Assembly (NCBI GenBank): GCA_002633005.1
Contig: NMRA01000016.1
Location: 590,443-654,442, forward strand
Direction of reading: 5' to 3'
Length of the DNA stretch: 64,000 nt
Origin: Phoronis australis
Taxonomy: Eukaryota > Animalia > Phoronida
Shown: positions 12,301 to 24,570 of the stretch, piece after piece
Position numbering within the stretch: the first letter of the stretch is position 1
Layout: each line of letters opens with the position of its first letter
Notes under the pieces: generated by a model
Databases searched by the model: none
The model's input: the letters and a program-made list of their open reading frames with translations, nothing else
Told to the model about the DNA's origin: nothing
Position numbers and translations under genes: made by a program

Positions 12301-15300
12301 TGACGCTTGAACCCACGACCTTGAGTAAAAGAAACAGATACTTATCCCCCTAGGCCACGCTGCCCCCCACTGATAGTCCCTTGAGTCCTGCAGTTTGAGA
12401 ACCACTGAATAACGGGCATCAAACTGGCCGTTTCTTAAAATTTTGACCCCCTTAAGTGACTATTGCCAATAAAACAAGTTTCTGTAAAATCATTTTGAGG
12501 TGGTGATGTAGTTACGTCATTTCTAAAACATTGGTCTATATACACCAACCTCTAGCCTGTACAGTATACAGTGGCTACATTGGTCATTTCTCTGGTCGTC
12601 TCCAGGTGTTACGGTGCTCTCATGGTCATGAGTGGTCCGATGAAAAGTCGTGCCGACGTAAATAGGATAGAGAGGAAGCAGTGTGGCCTGGTTGATAAGT
12701 GCCCGCTTTCTTTACTCGAGGTCGTGGGTTCAAGTCCCACCAGGTCACACTGCTAAACCCTTGAGCCAGGTTTCTAGCTCCTCAGCTCGGTTTTAACCAT
12801 ATATTAATAAAGCATAAAAATATTTCCAGATGATCAGTGCAATGGGCCCACATACGAGGTCTGCGCACGTCTGGTACAACGTGTATCAGACCGCGTGCAA
12901 TTATTTTTTTTAAATAGGATAGAGGTTGGTGTATGTAGGCCAATGTATTTTATAAATCGAGTTGAATACCCCCGTAAGTAATATTTCAAATCCTTCAAAT
13001 TTCTCTCCTACAATAAAATGATTAGAAATACGGTTTTCCTAAAAATAATGCAGTATTAGATCCGTAAGTGCAAGAGTACCGCGGTCTCCTTTCAGGAAAA
13101 CTATGCATCATGCGAATCCGCGTCACCACTGAGCTGCGAATGTCCGTGCAGTCGACCGGCCGCATTTAGTTACTGTGATAACAGGTTTTATGTAACCAGG
13201 TAAGAAAACGTTGCATGGTAACAAGTTTTGGGAATTATACAAAAGATCCTCGAACAAATTATTGTGGACCAAAACAATTATGTTGCACTTACAATACACT
13301 TAAGTTTTAAAACCTCTTTAATGCCTGAATACAAAATTTTAGCACTCCTCTGGTACTTTTCAAAACTTTAATAACAAGCTTAGGCGTATCTGGACCTGGC
13401 TGCTTGGGGGCACGGGGTATCTGAATATGTCTAATCACATATTACTCCTATGAAAACAATAGCGAACATTAAAAATTTAACCATTGGGGAAAGTGTATTC
13501 TTGAGCTTAATAAACGAATGGGAAAGTAATCCAAAGCTCATTCAGACTGGGAACTATAATACCACCACGTTGTGTGGCGATCGTCGCTATAAGTTGTCAT
13601 TGCGACGGTTACTTTATCTTGGTTTATGCGCCCACATATACAAACATGTGTATGAGGGTACATGTTGTCATTTCTGTCTAAGCGTCCGGCGTCCGGGAGT
13701 CCGCTGCCATATCTCCTAAGCCCCTTACAAGATCTTTGGGCAATTTGTATTCCCATGAAGACGAATTTTGAACCAATCCGGAATACTCTTGTTCCGGAGC
13801 TCTCATTGCCTCTACAAAACACACTTAGTTTCATTCTATTTCTCCTTGTGAATTCTTTCGGACGAGATGATTCCTGCTAAGTCAGCCAAGCAAGTTCCAC
13901 TGGTATTCCCTATCTAAAGTCTATCCGTCGACCCTTTTACGGATAGCGAAAATCGATGAGTGTGCATCACAGGCACAGATTTGTGGGATACCAGTCCTCA
14001 TAATCCGCATCAGTTTCCGGCAGGCGATCGTCTGGTCGGTAAGCTTGGAGTTGATTTTGGATAAATGCTACAGCTTTACTTGTACTTACGTATAATAACT
14101 TAAAACATTTGACTGCTTGAAATACTACAAAAACAAAACGATCCCTTGGCAGTCGGGTTCAGTGACACTAGGACGACGCTAGAAAAGCAAGACTTCGCGA
14201 GATATTGCCGAGTACTTTAAACGAGAAAACGTGATTTTGTTTAGATTTTTCTAGCTGCGAGATAGCTTCTGCACTCTACCCAGGATTACCGCTATCCCCC
14301 ACTGTGACGTTTTTCCCTATCCGTAAATCTTCCAATTAAAGGCAGGAATCAATTAAAAACTCGTACCCCCGGTCACAGATTGGACATTATGGTCCTTGGT
14401 GGGTGTTGTTTTCCCACAGTTGCCGTGTAATTCATTTAAAGCGTAGGTCATGCTTGCCCGTTTAGCAGACTTCGAAAAGAGTTTTCAAATTTTCCTCCAA
14501 ACTGTTGAGGGTTGTCGAGGGTTACAGACAATTATTTTGTATCAGAGTACTAGATGGGAAACTCGTTTTTAGTGTCTGTTAATAAGCCAAAACCGGGTTT
14601 GGTAGGCCCTATCCCTTTTTTAGAAAAAGGATTATTTTGAATAAAAGCCAGTCACACGTGAACTTAATTTCAGTACCGACATAGCTCCGTGCTCTCCCCG
14701 AGCGCCACTGACGCATTACAAAGCAGTGGACGAATCCAAGATAGTCGCTACTCTGGGCAGATGTTACGACATGGAATGCCACTCCAGATCCGACAAAAGG
14801 TATTCAAATACTAAGTTAGAGACTACGATAGGCTGTTTGTATGTGTATATAAGCTTGTGTAATGTAGACACTTACGAGTCATCAAAGTGACCTCAGTTGA
14901 CCAGATGAGTTCAGTTTTCAGTAATTTTTGAGATATATGTCAAGCAACTGTTATCGCATCATTGCTTGGAACGTTGCTTTGTTCTTTTGTAAAATTGAGT
15001 TTTATTTTTTTTCAGAAATAAGCAAGCGAAGCGTAATATCAAATTTCTGTCTTAAGTCATAAAATCAAGTTCCATGAAAAGGGTTCTGACTTCAAACTGA
15101 TGCATAGTAAAACACAAATTGTATTTTCCAAGGATGGGATTGTTCTTACAAAAATCACTGTAATTAAAAGTTGTGCTGGTTTCTTAGTAACCACAATGTC
15201 TCGTATTCAGGTCATGCTTCGGTGTAGCAGGATGTCAATGGTGTGATGTCGGCGCATGCGTATACAGCGAGGAGACATGTCCGTCGGGTAGGTATCATTA

Positions 15301-16307
15301 TTGTCTCGATATGAGTGCTTGCTTTTGGGGACACGCCGATCTTCACATTTTTCATAAAATAAAAATAACCCAAAATAAAGACTATATCATGCAGTTTTCA
15401 CTTGTATGCCATAGCTACCATGTTTTGAGAAATCACGGCGATGTTATGGGCCTTTGAAAACTGAAAGAAGGACAATTTTGGCAATCGTTTTTGTTCGAAA
15501 TTGGTGAGATGTTACAGGGGGCAGAAACTTTTCAGATTTATATTCATTAGGTCACGTGATGTGTCCAAAAGATGGCGCGCTGACGGGGCAAAATGTTCGC
15601 AACAGCATACATGTACTTCCATGGTTCAAGAATACGTAAGCTTGAGCAAAATGGCAATGTCTTTTCGAAATGCCGCTGTGGCTAAACAAACGAGACAATA
15701 TTCAAAAGAAGGCGTCATGGCGAATTTTGTGTTTTTATTTTGTAATCATGACACAGGGCGTAGACTATTCATCAGCTTGCACTTGCAACTTTCAGAGTCA
15801 TTATCAGCAGGCGCTATGGTAGGAATCTGTTTTGCATCTGCGGCAATTCTGGTTGCAATCATAATGATCGCCGTCATGGTGAGGCGCCGTCTTCAAAAAC
15901 GAAGTGATGTCGACAACCAGGTTCAGAATCATCACATCCGCTCACCGAATCATATTTACGCCATTCCGGAGACACAAAGAATTACGGTTGGTTATGAGGA
16001 GCCCGTCGCCAGACCACGTATTCATGAGGACGTGGTCCCCATGCAAGGGGCACACCCATATCCAGACGTCTGTCCGCCTGAAAACAGACAGCCAGAACAG
16101 GTGAATACGCATTACCCAATATATGTGAATAACTCTGTGTCTCTCGCTAGTAAAGTAATGCCATACTTTGTGTCAGCTGCCGTCCAAATGGAACCCTTTG
16201 GCGATAGGCCACAGTACGACTACCCACGCCATGGAGGTATAGGCACCACAGGACATCAGCAGCCTCCGCCTTACACGGAAAAAACGCCGGCTGGTGCCTC
16301 TTGGTAG
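397..16307 (+). CDS. CACHD1: VWFA and cache domain-containing protein (CACHD1-like, alpha2delta family), 5'-partial, 23 exons
   Basis: Phase-consistent AG/GT exons: 397-459, 1003-1170, 1480-1688, 2534-2693, 3393-3612, 4152-4280, 4782-4861, 5738-5876, 6538-6651, 7111-7270, 7563-7674, 8217-8382, 9045-9181, 9848-10014, 10258-10368, 10690-10815, 11094-11190, 11354-11449, 11974-12105, 13096-13199, 14674-14799, 15211-15287, 15796-16307 (~1,134 aa). Motifs: WQYFGTEEG, FDPRYRPWY, PKDVVLVIDVSGS (VWA), ILFLTDG, GVVGVD, YAFIIDNIGRTMMHP, WRYFGTEEGVFRIHP, CECPC, TM helix. The start and signal peptide lie upstream of the window. Orthology versus lineage paralogy is not established. Confidence 0.9.
770..968. 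mobile_element. Partial copy of the same MITE-like repeat
   Basis: gaattttagtagttcctgcctttttag...tgcccacttcgccaaatgggggctcg aligns with 71-184. Confidence 0.55.
1727..1878. mobile_element. MITE with CATG-terminated inverted repeats and 5-bp TSD
   Basis: TIR catgggcggcgca / tgcgccgtccatg. TSD ttgtg at 1722-1726 and 1879-1883. Confidence 0.65.
2534..4861 (+). CDS. VWA domain exons of the CACHD1-like gene (2534-2693, 3393-3612, 4152-4280, 4782-4861)
   Basis: DVSGS, GGGT and LFLTDG MIDAS elements. VGLVTFS strand. Confidence 0.9.
5228..5351 (+). repeat. Two-copy ~65-bp direct tandem duplication (intronic)
   Basis: acaacaaccagtctttcccatgctatcatttcgccattac(t/c)ccgacaaaa(a/g)tattcacat occurs twice. 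Confidence 0.85.
5838..6255 (+). repeat. 44-bp minisatellite (~10 degenerate units) made of an exon 3' end plus its splice donor
   Basis: Unit ttgttatcacgataccttatgcagatttctccgggctgg|gtgag. Units start at 5838, 5882, 5926, 5970, ~6010 (partial), 6042, 6091, 6131, 6176 and 6220. Confidence 0.9.
11622..11839. mobile_element. MITE/foldback element
   Basis: TIR aacatttgttgcggaggattc...gaatcctccgcaacaaatgtt (21 bp perfect, extends imperfectly to ~35 bp). Confidence 0.75.
12139..12369 (-). mobile_element. tRNA-derived SINE, minus-strand copy
   Basis: The reverse complement aligns along its length with 12673-12900, including the A-box-like tggcctagg and B-box-like ggttcaagc. Confidence 0.75.
12673..12910 (+). 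mobile_element. tRNA-derived SINE with 14-bp target-site duplication
   Basis: Pol III A box (tggcctggttga) and B box (ggttcaagtcc), T-rich tail. TSD taaataggatagag at 12659-12672 and 12911-12924. Confidence 0.8.
15796..16307 (+). CDS. Terminal exon of the CACHD1-like gene: TM helix and cytoplasmic tail
   Basis: ttcag acceptor at 15795. AMVGICFASAAILVAIIMIAVMV is followed by an RRR stop-transfer. The tail has YAIP, YEEP, YVNN, YDYP and PPPY. TAG ends at 16307. Confidence 0.88.
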
Positions 16308-16877
16308 ACGCATGGTCGACATTGACCTAAAAATATTTATTTTAACTCCGAAGACGCGGACAAGCTACAGACGAAGGCCAGTGACGCTCGAAAAACTTGG
16401 ATGTTTTGATATATTTTACAGACTGCCGTCTTTTTCAACTATCCAAATCGTCGGTAACACCGATATTCTAGGTGTCATTGTTTATGACTGTATGTTAGTA
16501 TGTTACCTGTGCTGGGCTGCAGGAAACCACAGATGTATCCGCGGCATACGTTTGGTTGCTACTTGAACTCAATAAGCAATGTTCTACCACTTACAGTGTG
16601 AAGTCATTGTTAACATCCTCAGTGTAACTCTCTGCACCATTACTGTACAGTCTGAGCGATCATTTTTCAGTTCATGTAAATTCTATAAATAACATTGGTG
16701 TCTTTCATATAAGTAACAATTCTTGTACAAAACACTCATTTTTTTTTTCAAAAGAAGAACACATGTATGTGGACTTCGGACGGAATCTCACATTTTTCAT
16801 ATTTAATGTAATTAATCATGTCATTTTCATTGTGCGGTTTGTTTTTTGTCATGTGAAACCTATGTCATATTAACATC

Positions 16878-16883
16878 AATAAA
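16878..16883 (+). promoter_or_regulatory. Candidate polyadenylation signal of the CACHD1-like gene
   Basis: AATAAA ~570 nt after the stop, in an AT-rich 3' region, followed by GT-rich tgtgtttt. Confidence 0.45.
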
Positions 16884-17499
16884 ACATATATAGATTTAAA
16901 CTTGTAAAAATGTGTTTTCCGATCCTTTGTCTGATGATGCAGACAACAGATGCGACCAATACCGTGAAGCAACGGGACACTTTTCATGGTTCCATCTCAT
17001 GCAAACACAGAATCAGTCGGTATGGGTTGGGGCAGCTCGGTTAATTTTGAAGAGATGAATATCGAGTCCTCGAAAAGTACTCATCTTAAACGTGAAATGA
17101 ACCAAACAGTCAAAATATTAAGAAGAGGACAAGTCACTGGACCCTGCATACTTCATAACTGACTACGAACATGATATCACTGGTTCATTTCAATTAAGCT
17201 GAGGGGAAGGAAGAGATTGAATCTGCTTGAAACCGTTTTTCTTACATGTATGTTGTCGTGCATAATTGATAGGCCGGTCTTCGAACTGGCTGAAAATAAT
17301 CAAGAAGGTCGTGTTAAATGGAGGCAAAAAGTATCAATAGGGGAGTAGGGTGATATGGGCGTTTTTTTTTCTCATTTTGGTACAGTAAATGCCTTACCTC
17401 GTTGTAGAACTCCTATTTCTTCAGCGGAAAGGCTTCAACCAAAATTGGACGAATAGTGTTTTAATTTCTAGTTGAAAATATTGGCAATTCTGAAGTATG

Positions 17500-20400
17500 T
17501 TTTGAGAAACTTAGACGTGGTTAGCGATAAACGTTATAACTTTGGAGAAGTCAAACATCATTGGTTTTTGTCAATAACCAAATGATTCAAATGATTTCAC
17601 CCATTTTGATTCAGATGTAAGTATTCTTTTTATCCATGAAATTTTTATAGCCTTGCTAATAAATTATATTCCTCATTTTCACCCCACCCCCTTCCTAATG
17701 AGTCTTAATTAATACATCTCTATTCACTCTCTCAACTTTGATATTCCAAACAAACTTAAAAATGTCTGCGTTGAATTCATTCATAATACTGTCTGATGGA
17801 GTAGACAGAGTTACCATTAAGTGAATTATTTTTGGCACAATCAAGGTCTTTACCACGGTAACATTCTCAAAAAAGAAACTTTTCTTCGAGACAAAATTTT
17901 TATAAGATTATTGATTTCCTCAATCCTCTCATTGTAGTTGATTTCAATCATTTTGTATAGGTTAACAATGAAATTGAAACCTAGCATCTTAAATTGTGTT
18001 ACGCCTCATCTTGCCTGATGGAAAATATCTTTACAATGTTTTGTTGCTGCCCATCCAAATAACATTTGTTTTGAAATAAATTACTCTCAAACCAGACATT
18101 TTTGCACATTTACTCAGAGCTTCCAAACTACGCCGTGAACCATCTAAGAAAAAGATTGTTTCATCAGCATACTGAGTAAGTATAAATTCACCATTTCCTA
18201 TTTGAATGCCTTTAATTTCCCTGTCTTGTTTTGTCATCATAGCTAATACTTCAGCACATAAAATGCAGAGTAAAATGTCTGGACAGAAAACCGGTTTGGA
18301 CGATGTATGATACCATCCAATTATAAAAAGTTTTAATCCAACGATTAATTTCGAGTCCTTGAAATCAAATATATCCAAAACATTATTTATGAAGTTCCAT
18401 GACAAGCTGTCAAAAGTCTAATTGTAACAACAGCCCTGGTATGGCATTTTTTCACAAAAATTCATAACATCAATCGTATGATTTTAGCCTTTTATAAATC
18501 CCGTCTGATCCGGGGAAATTATAAATCCAAGCAGATTTTTCATTCGTCTAGCAATACATCCGGATGCCAACTTGTGAATACTGTTGAGCCAAGTTATTGG
18601 TCTCCAATTTTAATGGATTGTTTACCTCTATCTAGATTTGGAATTAAAGTTACAATCTATGTTTTTTGCGTGTTTGACATTTTCGATTTTTTCATAGCTT
18701 TCAATTATATGTCTTTAAAACAAAATAATCTAAATCTTTCCCGATAAACTTGAAAAATTCCTTTGTGAAACCATCTGGCCCCGGCCTTTTTTCAATTTTT
18801 TAACTTTCAATACCAACCAGAGTTCTTCATATTCTATGTGTCCCTGAAGGTCCATTGCAAAATTATCGGGAAGCTTATTTGAAACAATAAAGTTCTCTAT
18901 TTCACCTTTTTTCAAGAAAACTGTTATCAGAATAAAGTTTTTGGTAAAAATTCGCTGCCACGTCTAGTATCTTTTCTTGATCTGTAATTATTTCTCCACT
19001 TTCCAATTCTATTTCATACACAAGTTTGTTGTACAAATGTTTCGATTCTAAACTACAAAAATATTTTGCTGGGCGTTCATCTTCCTCTATCCATTTTGCC
19101 CCGGATCTGACGTAAAACCCTTTTTAATTTCTTGTACCGTATCTCTAGAAGAGCACTCGTTTTCTTTTCTAAATCTTCAAAAGTCCTATCGTTAACACAC
19201 TGTTCTAAATTCTCTATTTCTTTTTCAAATTTAGTATTTTTCCTATCTAATTTATCTTTTTTTTGAGTCGAGTGAAAATAGTTGTATTTTTCTTATTTCC
19301 ATTAACAGCACATCCAAAAATAGTTGATCATTTATAACAAACTGAATCACACTGTTAGAATTCAGTCTAAACATTATAGGTTTACCGGAAATGCAAATTG
19401 CTTTTTGACATTAGTTATCGTGTCTTGAATTATTTTTACATATTGTGAATTACTAAGTTTCCAGAGTCCTTTACTTCTAGAAATTTCTCTATAATTTTAG
19501 GCTTAACATGATACCAGAATCATCTGATTTGTAACTTGGTGTTATAGAAATTCTTTAGACGCAATGCATCAAAGTTTTGGAAATCAGAAAAAAGTCAAGC
19601 CTGGCCTGCTTAAATGAATTTTCTCTCCGCCAAGTAAATCTTTTAAGGAAAATTTTCTCGAAAGGGATCAAAAACACCATCAGTATTAAGAATTCCCTTT
19701 AGATTATTACAAAATCTTTAATTGCAAATATCCAGTTCTTGACTCGGAACTAAATTAAAAATTCCAGATATAATAAACTTATCTACTTCAAATTCTTCAA
19801 TTATTGAAAACATATTACTATAAAAGTCCGCGTTATCAGTGTTTGGACCGTACAAATTTAAAAGAATGATCCTATCTCCCTCCGTAATTAATTCTAGTAT
19901 ATTATAATTTCCCCTAGGATACTTTGTCACATTTTGAACAGTAAACCCAGTTATTATTAAATCAAATAGCTACTCCTCTAGAATTGCTGTTGTAAGAGTT
20001 GAAATAACAAGTGTAACCCCACTGAGATTCAATATACGGCTCCAGATCCCCAGCTTATTGACCGTCTTGTAGACAATATATATTAAATGCTTTCACAATT
20101 CTCATGAAATTAAAAATGTCTCCTTTTTTCTATGGTTCCTAAGCCCTGTCAATTAACTGAAAAGATATTAATTTCGATTGTAGTAAGAAATAAACACTTC
20201 TTTTACAATAGAAATCTTGAGACCACATAAAGTATTACAAGAATTTACAGGTTGGGCCGGTGGGACCTGGCGTGCGTTCACTAATGCAAGGACCTACGCT
20301 AGGACCTAGCTAAAATCTAGCTGAAGTCACGTGTTCACACTCAAAATCCAGAGTTGAGTTGCATAAAGCTTCAAAAGTTATCCGGTGGATAAAGTTTGAT

Positions 20401-21600
20401 TGTTGCGTGACGACAGGTGCATTGTTCAACAATAACAACGTTACGCGAGATAATGCGACGCCATTGTTGCTATACGGCGTATAACTTTTATGCAACTGGG
20501 CCCTGCAGGGCAATATCTCGTGTGATCTCCCAAAGTCTTGCTTTGTAAATTGTAGCCGAGGTCCTAGCGTTAGTGAAAGGGCGGCGGGTATACATTCACA
20601 CAGACACACTCACAATGAAAGCATGAATCGAAAAAATAACTAATAAATAACATGGAAAACACTGACCAACAAACTGTACCCTTCTCCCAGTTCATAATGG
20701 CAATAGGGTATTTCCAACTACCTCAAATAAATCATCAACAATTCCGACAACAGCTCCAAATTGCCACACAGAAATCTCCCTAGTGAATGTCTTCGATGAA
20801 TTTCATATCTCGATGCGCTTTATCCGACCAGTCTTTCAGGCATATCTTCCAGTCGTGGGTCCAATAGCATTTCACTTTTCTCCTGGCATAGTTTTGCCCT
20901 TCGCTTTGTGAGACTCTCGCCGTACGTGTAAACACCCGCATCAACATCTTTCAAGCTGACTTGCCGTCATGCTTTACTGAACCGCGTCCTAGTCCGTGAC
21001 TTCCACTAATATAGCCTTCAGTTGTATTGGTGCCCATTTTCCTAGCCAATTCCAACACAATTTTATCAGTTGATTCCCCTTCTGTTTCTTTTATACCAGC
21101 AATAACGAGAACATTCCTTCTGCTACATTCCTGCTGCACATCACATTCTTCTTGTAAGGCGACAATTTCAGAATCATAATTTTGCCACAAATCGGAGAGT
21201 TCTTGCCTTGCAGCAGCCATTTCCTGATCTTTTCTTTCAAATTTTTCTCAAACTAAATTTCTAAACCTGCAGAAAGTTCATTCAACTTGTCATCTAGCCA
21301 ACCTTGTAACATCTTCTCAAATGACACAATGACTTCTGGATCCATAAGCGCCGCTTTAAACTCCTCTCTCAAACTTACTTCGTAATGTCGACTCGATTTG
21401 TCAGCTATGCCTGCAACCGTTTCGTCCAAAGTGGCCTGCTTCGTGCTCTTTCTCAGCTCATCGCTGTCTTTACTGGCTTTCTGTGAATTTGGGGCTGACT
21501 TATCACTCATTTTGACAGAAATTGCATTTAAACTACAGGCGACACGTTTAAGATATTAAAAATATACGGAGAGCGCTGCTTAGTCAACTGCACTCTATTC
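17500..21600 (-). mobile_element. Decayed near-full-length L1/Tx1-clade LINE (ORF1, APE endonuclease, RT)
   Basis: ORF1 remnants at 21510-~20800 (coiled coil, SRRNVLVIAGIKE, GESLTKRRAKL). EN fragment at 19718-19930 (LLNLYGPN...ISGIFN). RT fragments at 18031-18915 (IKGIQIG, LTQYADET, SGLRV..KT). Many stops and frameshifts. Confidence 0.88.
20255..20590. mobile_element. MITE-like insertion(s) nested between LINE ORF1 and ORF2
   Basis: Outer inverted repeat acgctaggacct / aggtcctagcgt and inner gttgcataaa / tttatgcaac. The inner part is similar to 31130-31260. Confidence 0.55.
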
Positions 21601-21659
21601 CGCCGTGACAGGAAGCCCTGATAATATTCAGCTGAGAAACCTTTCAGGCCTGGCACTTT

Positions 21660-22160
21660 AAATATTTTACTACTGACAAAGCGTCATCAATAGAAACTGG
21701 CCCATATCAGGAAGAGATGTTTGCAGTATACTTGACTTTTTGACAGTATTGTCATCATGAACTAAAACATTCAAACTAACATCATGTGATTGGTCATCGC
21801 TACTTTTGTGAAACAACTCATCAAAAATGTTTATTTACAATATCAACCGAGCTTGGCTTGTAATTGTTTCTCAATTAGAATCAATCAATAGTGTTGTGGT
21901 TTTGTTAATAAAGTTTCTTTTTTCTAAACTAGAAAAGTATTTTGATAGCTTTTCACCATGCCCAATCCTTCGTGCTCGGTTTCTAATAATTGCTCCTTTC
22001 ACAATATCTTCAAGTAGGTCGCGTAATTTCTTTCAACAATGTTCACGAATTCCTTCAAAAACGGGTGAATGGTTGTTTTTTATCAAGTGAAATAGCATGC
22101 TTAGTTGCATTTCTAAACTTTTCAAGCGGCTATCCGTCTTTCTTTTTTCTTTCACTAAAC
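21660..22160 (-). mobile_element. Second L1/Tx1 ORF2 fragment (EN-RT linker)
   Basis: Minus-strand translation KGAIIRNRARRIGHGEKLSKYFSSLEKRN, parallel to the linker at ~19050-19120. Confidence 0.65.
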
Positions 22161-22619
22161 TGGAAAGTTTTATTGGGAATATTGAGGGGGGAGGCGGTGG
22201 GCATTTCAAAAACCAATGAGCCGTCTATACGCAAACTCAAAATCGTTACCTGGAATTACAAAAAATCATCTCCTCTATTTAAAATGAGGGTGACCACTTC
22301 AGTGACAGCATTGCTTTTGAAGAGGGCTCTCAACAACAAAATATAAAACAGTAATATAATACGATATAGTAGTAAAACAATAATTAAAGGCATGTAACAA
22401 AGAAACAATTAAAGCAGTTTGCGAATTTTGATAATAAATAAATGACGAAGGATGACGAAAATTTGACTAAGAAAGATTGAATTAGAAAAAGAGATGATAC
22501 TAAATAGTGAGAGTATTTACAGTGATGAAAAATGACATAATTAAGACAGGTAAAGTGCAAAAATAGGTAAGTAAATTACATCCACTTTTTAACATTTAGT
22601 CATTGAATTGGAATGTGTA

Positions 22620-24570
22620 ATTTCTGGGCTAAGAGAAAACGTCAAATCCATCTCATATTTGCCAAATTTCATAAAAATCTGTCAAGGAACTAGGAAGGCA
22701 CAGAGAAAAGGGTAGGGATTCGTGAGATGTATTTGTGGTAGCAAAAACATCAATAAGAGGTGCCGCGGTACGTGGAGCCGGACGAAAACAATCTTCATCC
22801 GTCCTCTTCGCACTGGGAAACCATTTACGAAGTTTCACAATGCTCCTCAGAACGTTTGGCAAATACAGAGGCGGACGCAACAAACAAACTAGAGAATAGT
22901 AAGAACGGCCACTACGAGGCGCAAAATATGTAGAATCCATCCAAAAACGAGAAGCTGGCACAGTTCGTTATTTGCCAAATTGAAAATAGGCTACGGACCT
23001 CCCAAGATACAGAGGAAAACATTAAATGATAACGTTTTTACAGTACAAGGGTGCACAGCGGCAATCGGGTCCTTCCCACTTTCATAGATATACACTTGCC
23101 AAATTTAATAATGTTCCTGCGAGGGTTTCTTGAGACACAGCTGCGGATATACAACAGGAAAGCGCTCTGAGGTAAGACAATGGAACGAAATCAAATAAAA
23201 ATGTAAAGGTCAGGTTGATGGCGAAACCAAGAACATCAGCAATCACGGACCCGTCGCCTATTACATCAACGTCAGTTTGTAAAAAAAACATTAAACGTGC
23301 ATTTAAGAATAAGTCAATAAAAGACCGTCATTAGATCAGAAAACCTCGAATAACTCAAAGAACGGTAAGTCGTAGCGAGAAACCAATCAAATATTGCAGA
23401 TAACCCGTGAAAAGATCTATTTACATACCGAATTTTAAAAGGCTTGGTCAAAGGATCGAGCAGCGAGCATAATTCGAAAAATGCCCGTTACAACTACATC
23501 TTGCCTCCAACTTCGTTCAAAAGCAAAAGACCTCGTGGTATTGTCTAGATGAATACTGAATGTAAATTGTACGTCGTTCAGACGAAACATGTGATCTCTA
23601 GCACGAATGTGATAGGTCAACAAAGTGCAGCTAGAAATAAGGCACTAAAAGAACAGTTATCTAAGGAGTAAATCTCGAATATCTCGAGAACGGAAAGTCG
23701 AAACGAAAAGCGGGAATGCTGATAGCGCGTGAAACAATCTATTCGCTTATCAAATTTCAGACAAATCCTTCAAGGGAAGCCGAAGATACGGCACAAAAAA
23801 TCAATTAATTGAAGAGCAGTCACCTGAAAATCCCGAAGAACTCGGGAACACTAAGTTCCGTATCGAAAAAACGGCACGTTTCTTATAGCTTGTGAAGTAT
23901 CAACAACGGAGCTGTGGCTCCGCAAACCGAAATATTAAAAAATGGCCGCTTCATCGCCATCTTGTTTACAATTATAACTAGAAACAATAGAGTTTGAGCC
24001 ATTCACCAGACACTTGTTGTGTGCAAATTCCATGTTGATCGTATACAAAATGCAACATGTAGCGTGCGAACAAAGAAACAAACAAAGCAAGAGACTTGGA
24101 GAAATTTCACCAAGTAACAAAACTGCCACTAGGAAATGCCACAGTAGTCAGAGTCGTCTGAAAATTATCGGTCCTCTTCCCAGTAGAAACACATTTATCC
24201 TTAGTGCGGTTTGGCATATAAAAAGCGGACTCGAAAAAATGGCTACATGTGGCACAGAAAACGTCGAATCCATCTTAAAACGTCGTCTCCTCAATAGACA
24301 TTTACTTATAAAATTTCATGAAAATCCGTCAAAAAACTACGAAGATACCAACTGCAAAGAAAAAATACTGAAATTGCCAATTGGGGCACACCAACACTCA
24401 GATCCGTCTGAAAATTAGTCCAAGCCGACCCATCCATTGAACACATCTTCAAAATTTCACTATTTTCACCCAGGGTTTTGGAGATACAGTATAACAGCGG
24501 GCGCCCGGCGCCGGACGCTGGATGGACAGACGTATGGACAGACGGGGATGACGGCATAATGTATAAACAT
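22620..24570 (+). mobile_element. Probable non-autonomous Helitron/Helentron-like (DINE/HINE-type) element with degenerate internal repeats
   Basis: Recurrent aaatttcat/gaaaatcc-type blocks (~22663, 23751, 24310) and a terminal ggacagacg...ggacagacgg microsatellite. Family assignment is inference. Confidence 0.4.

Noticed and set aside
12673-12750. tRNA gene
   Set aside because: A/B boxes are present but there is no clean cloverleaf. It continues into a shared SINE body with a TSD.
15501-15795. N-terminal part of the 268-aa ORF
   Set aside because: Intronic read-through. The exon begins at the acceptor at 15796.
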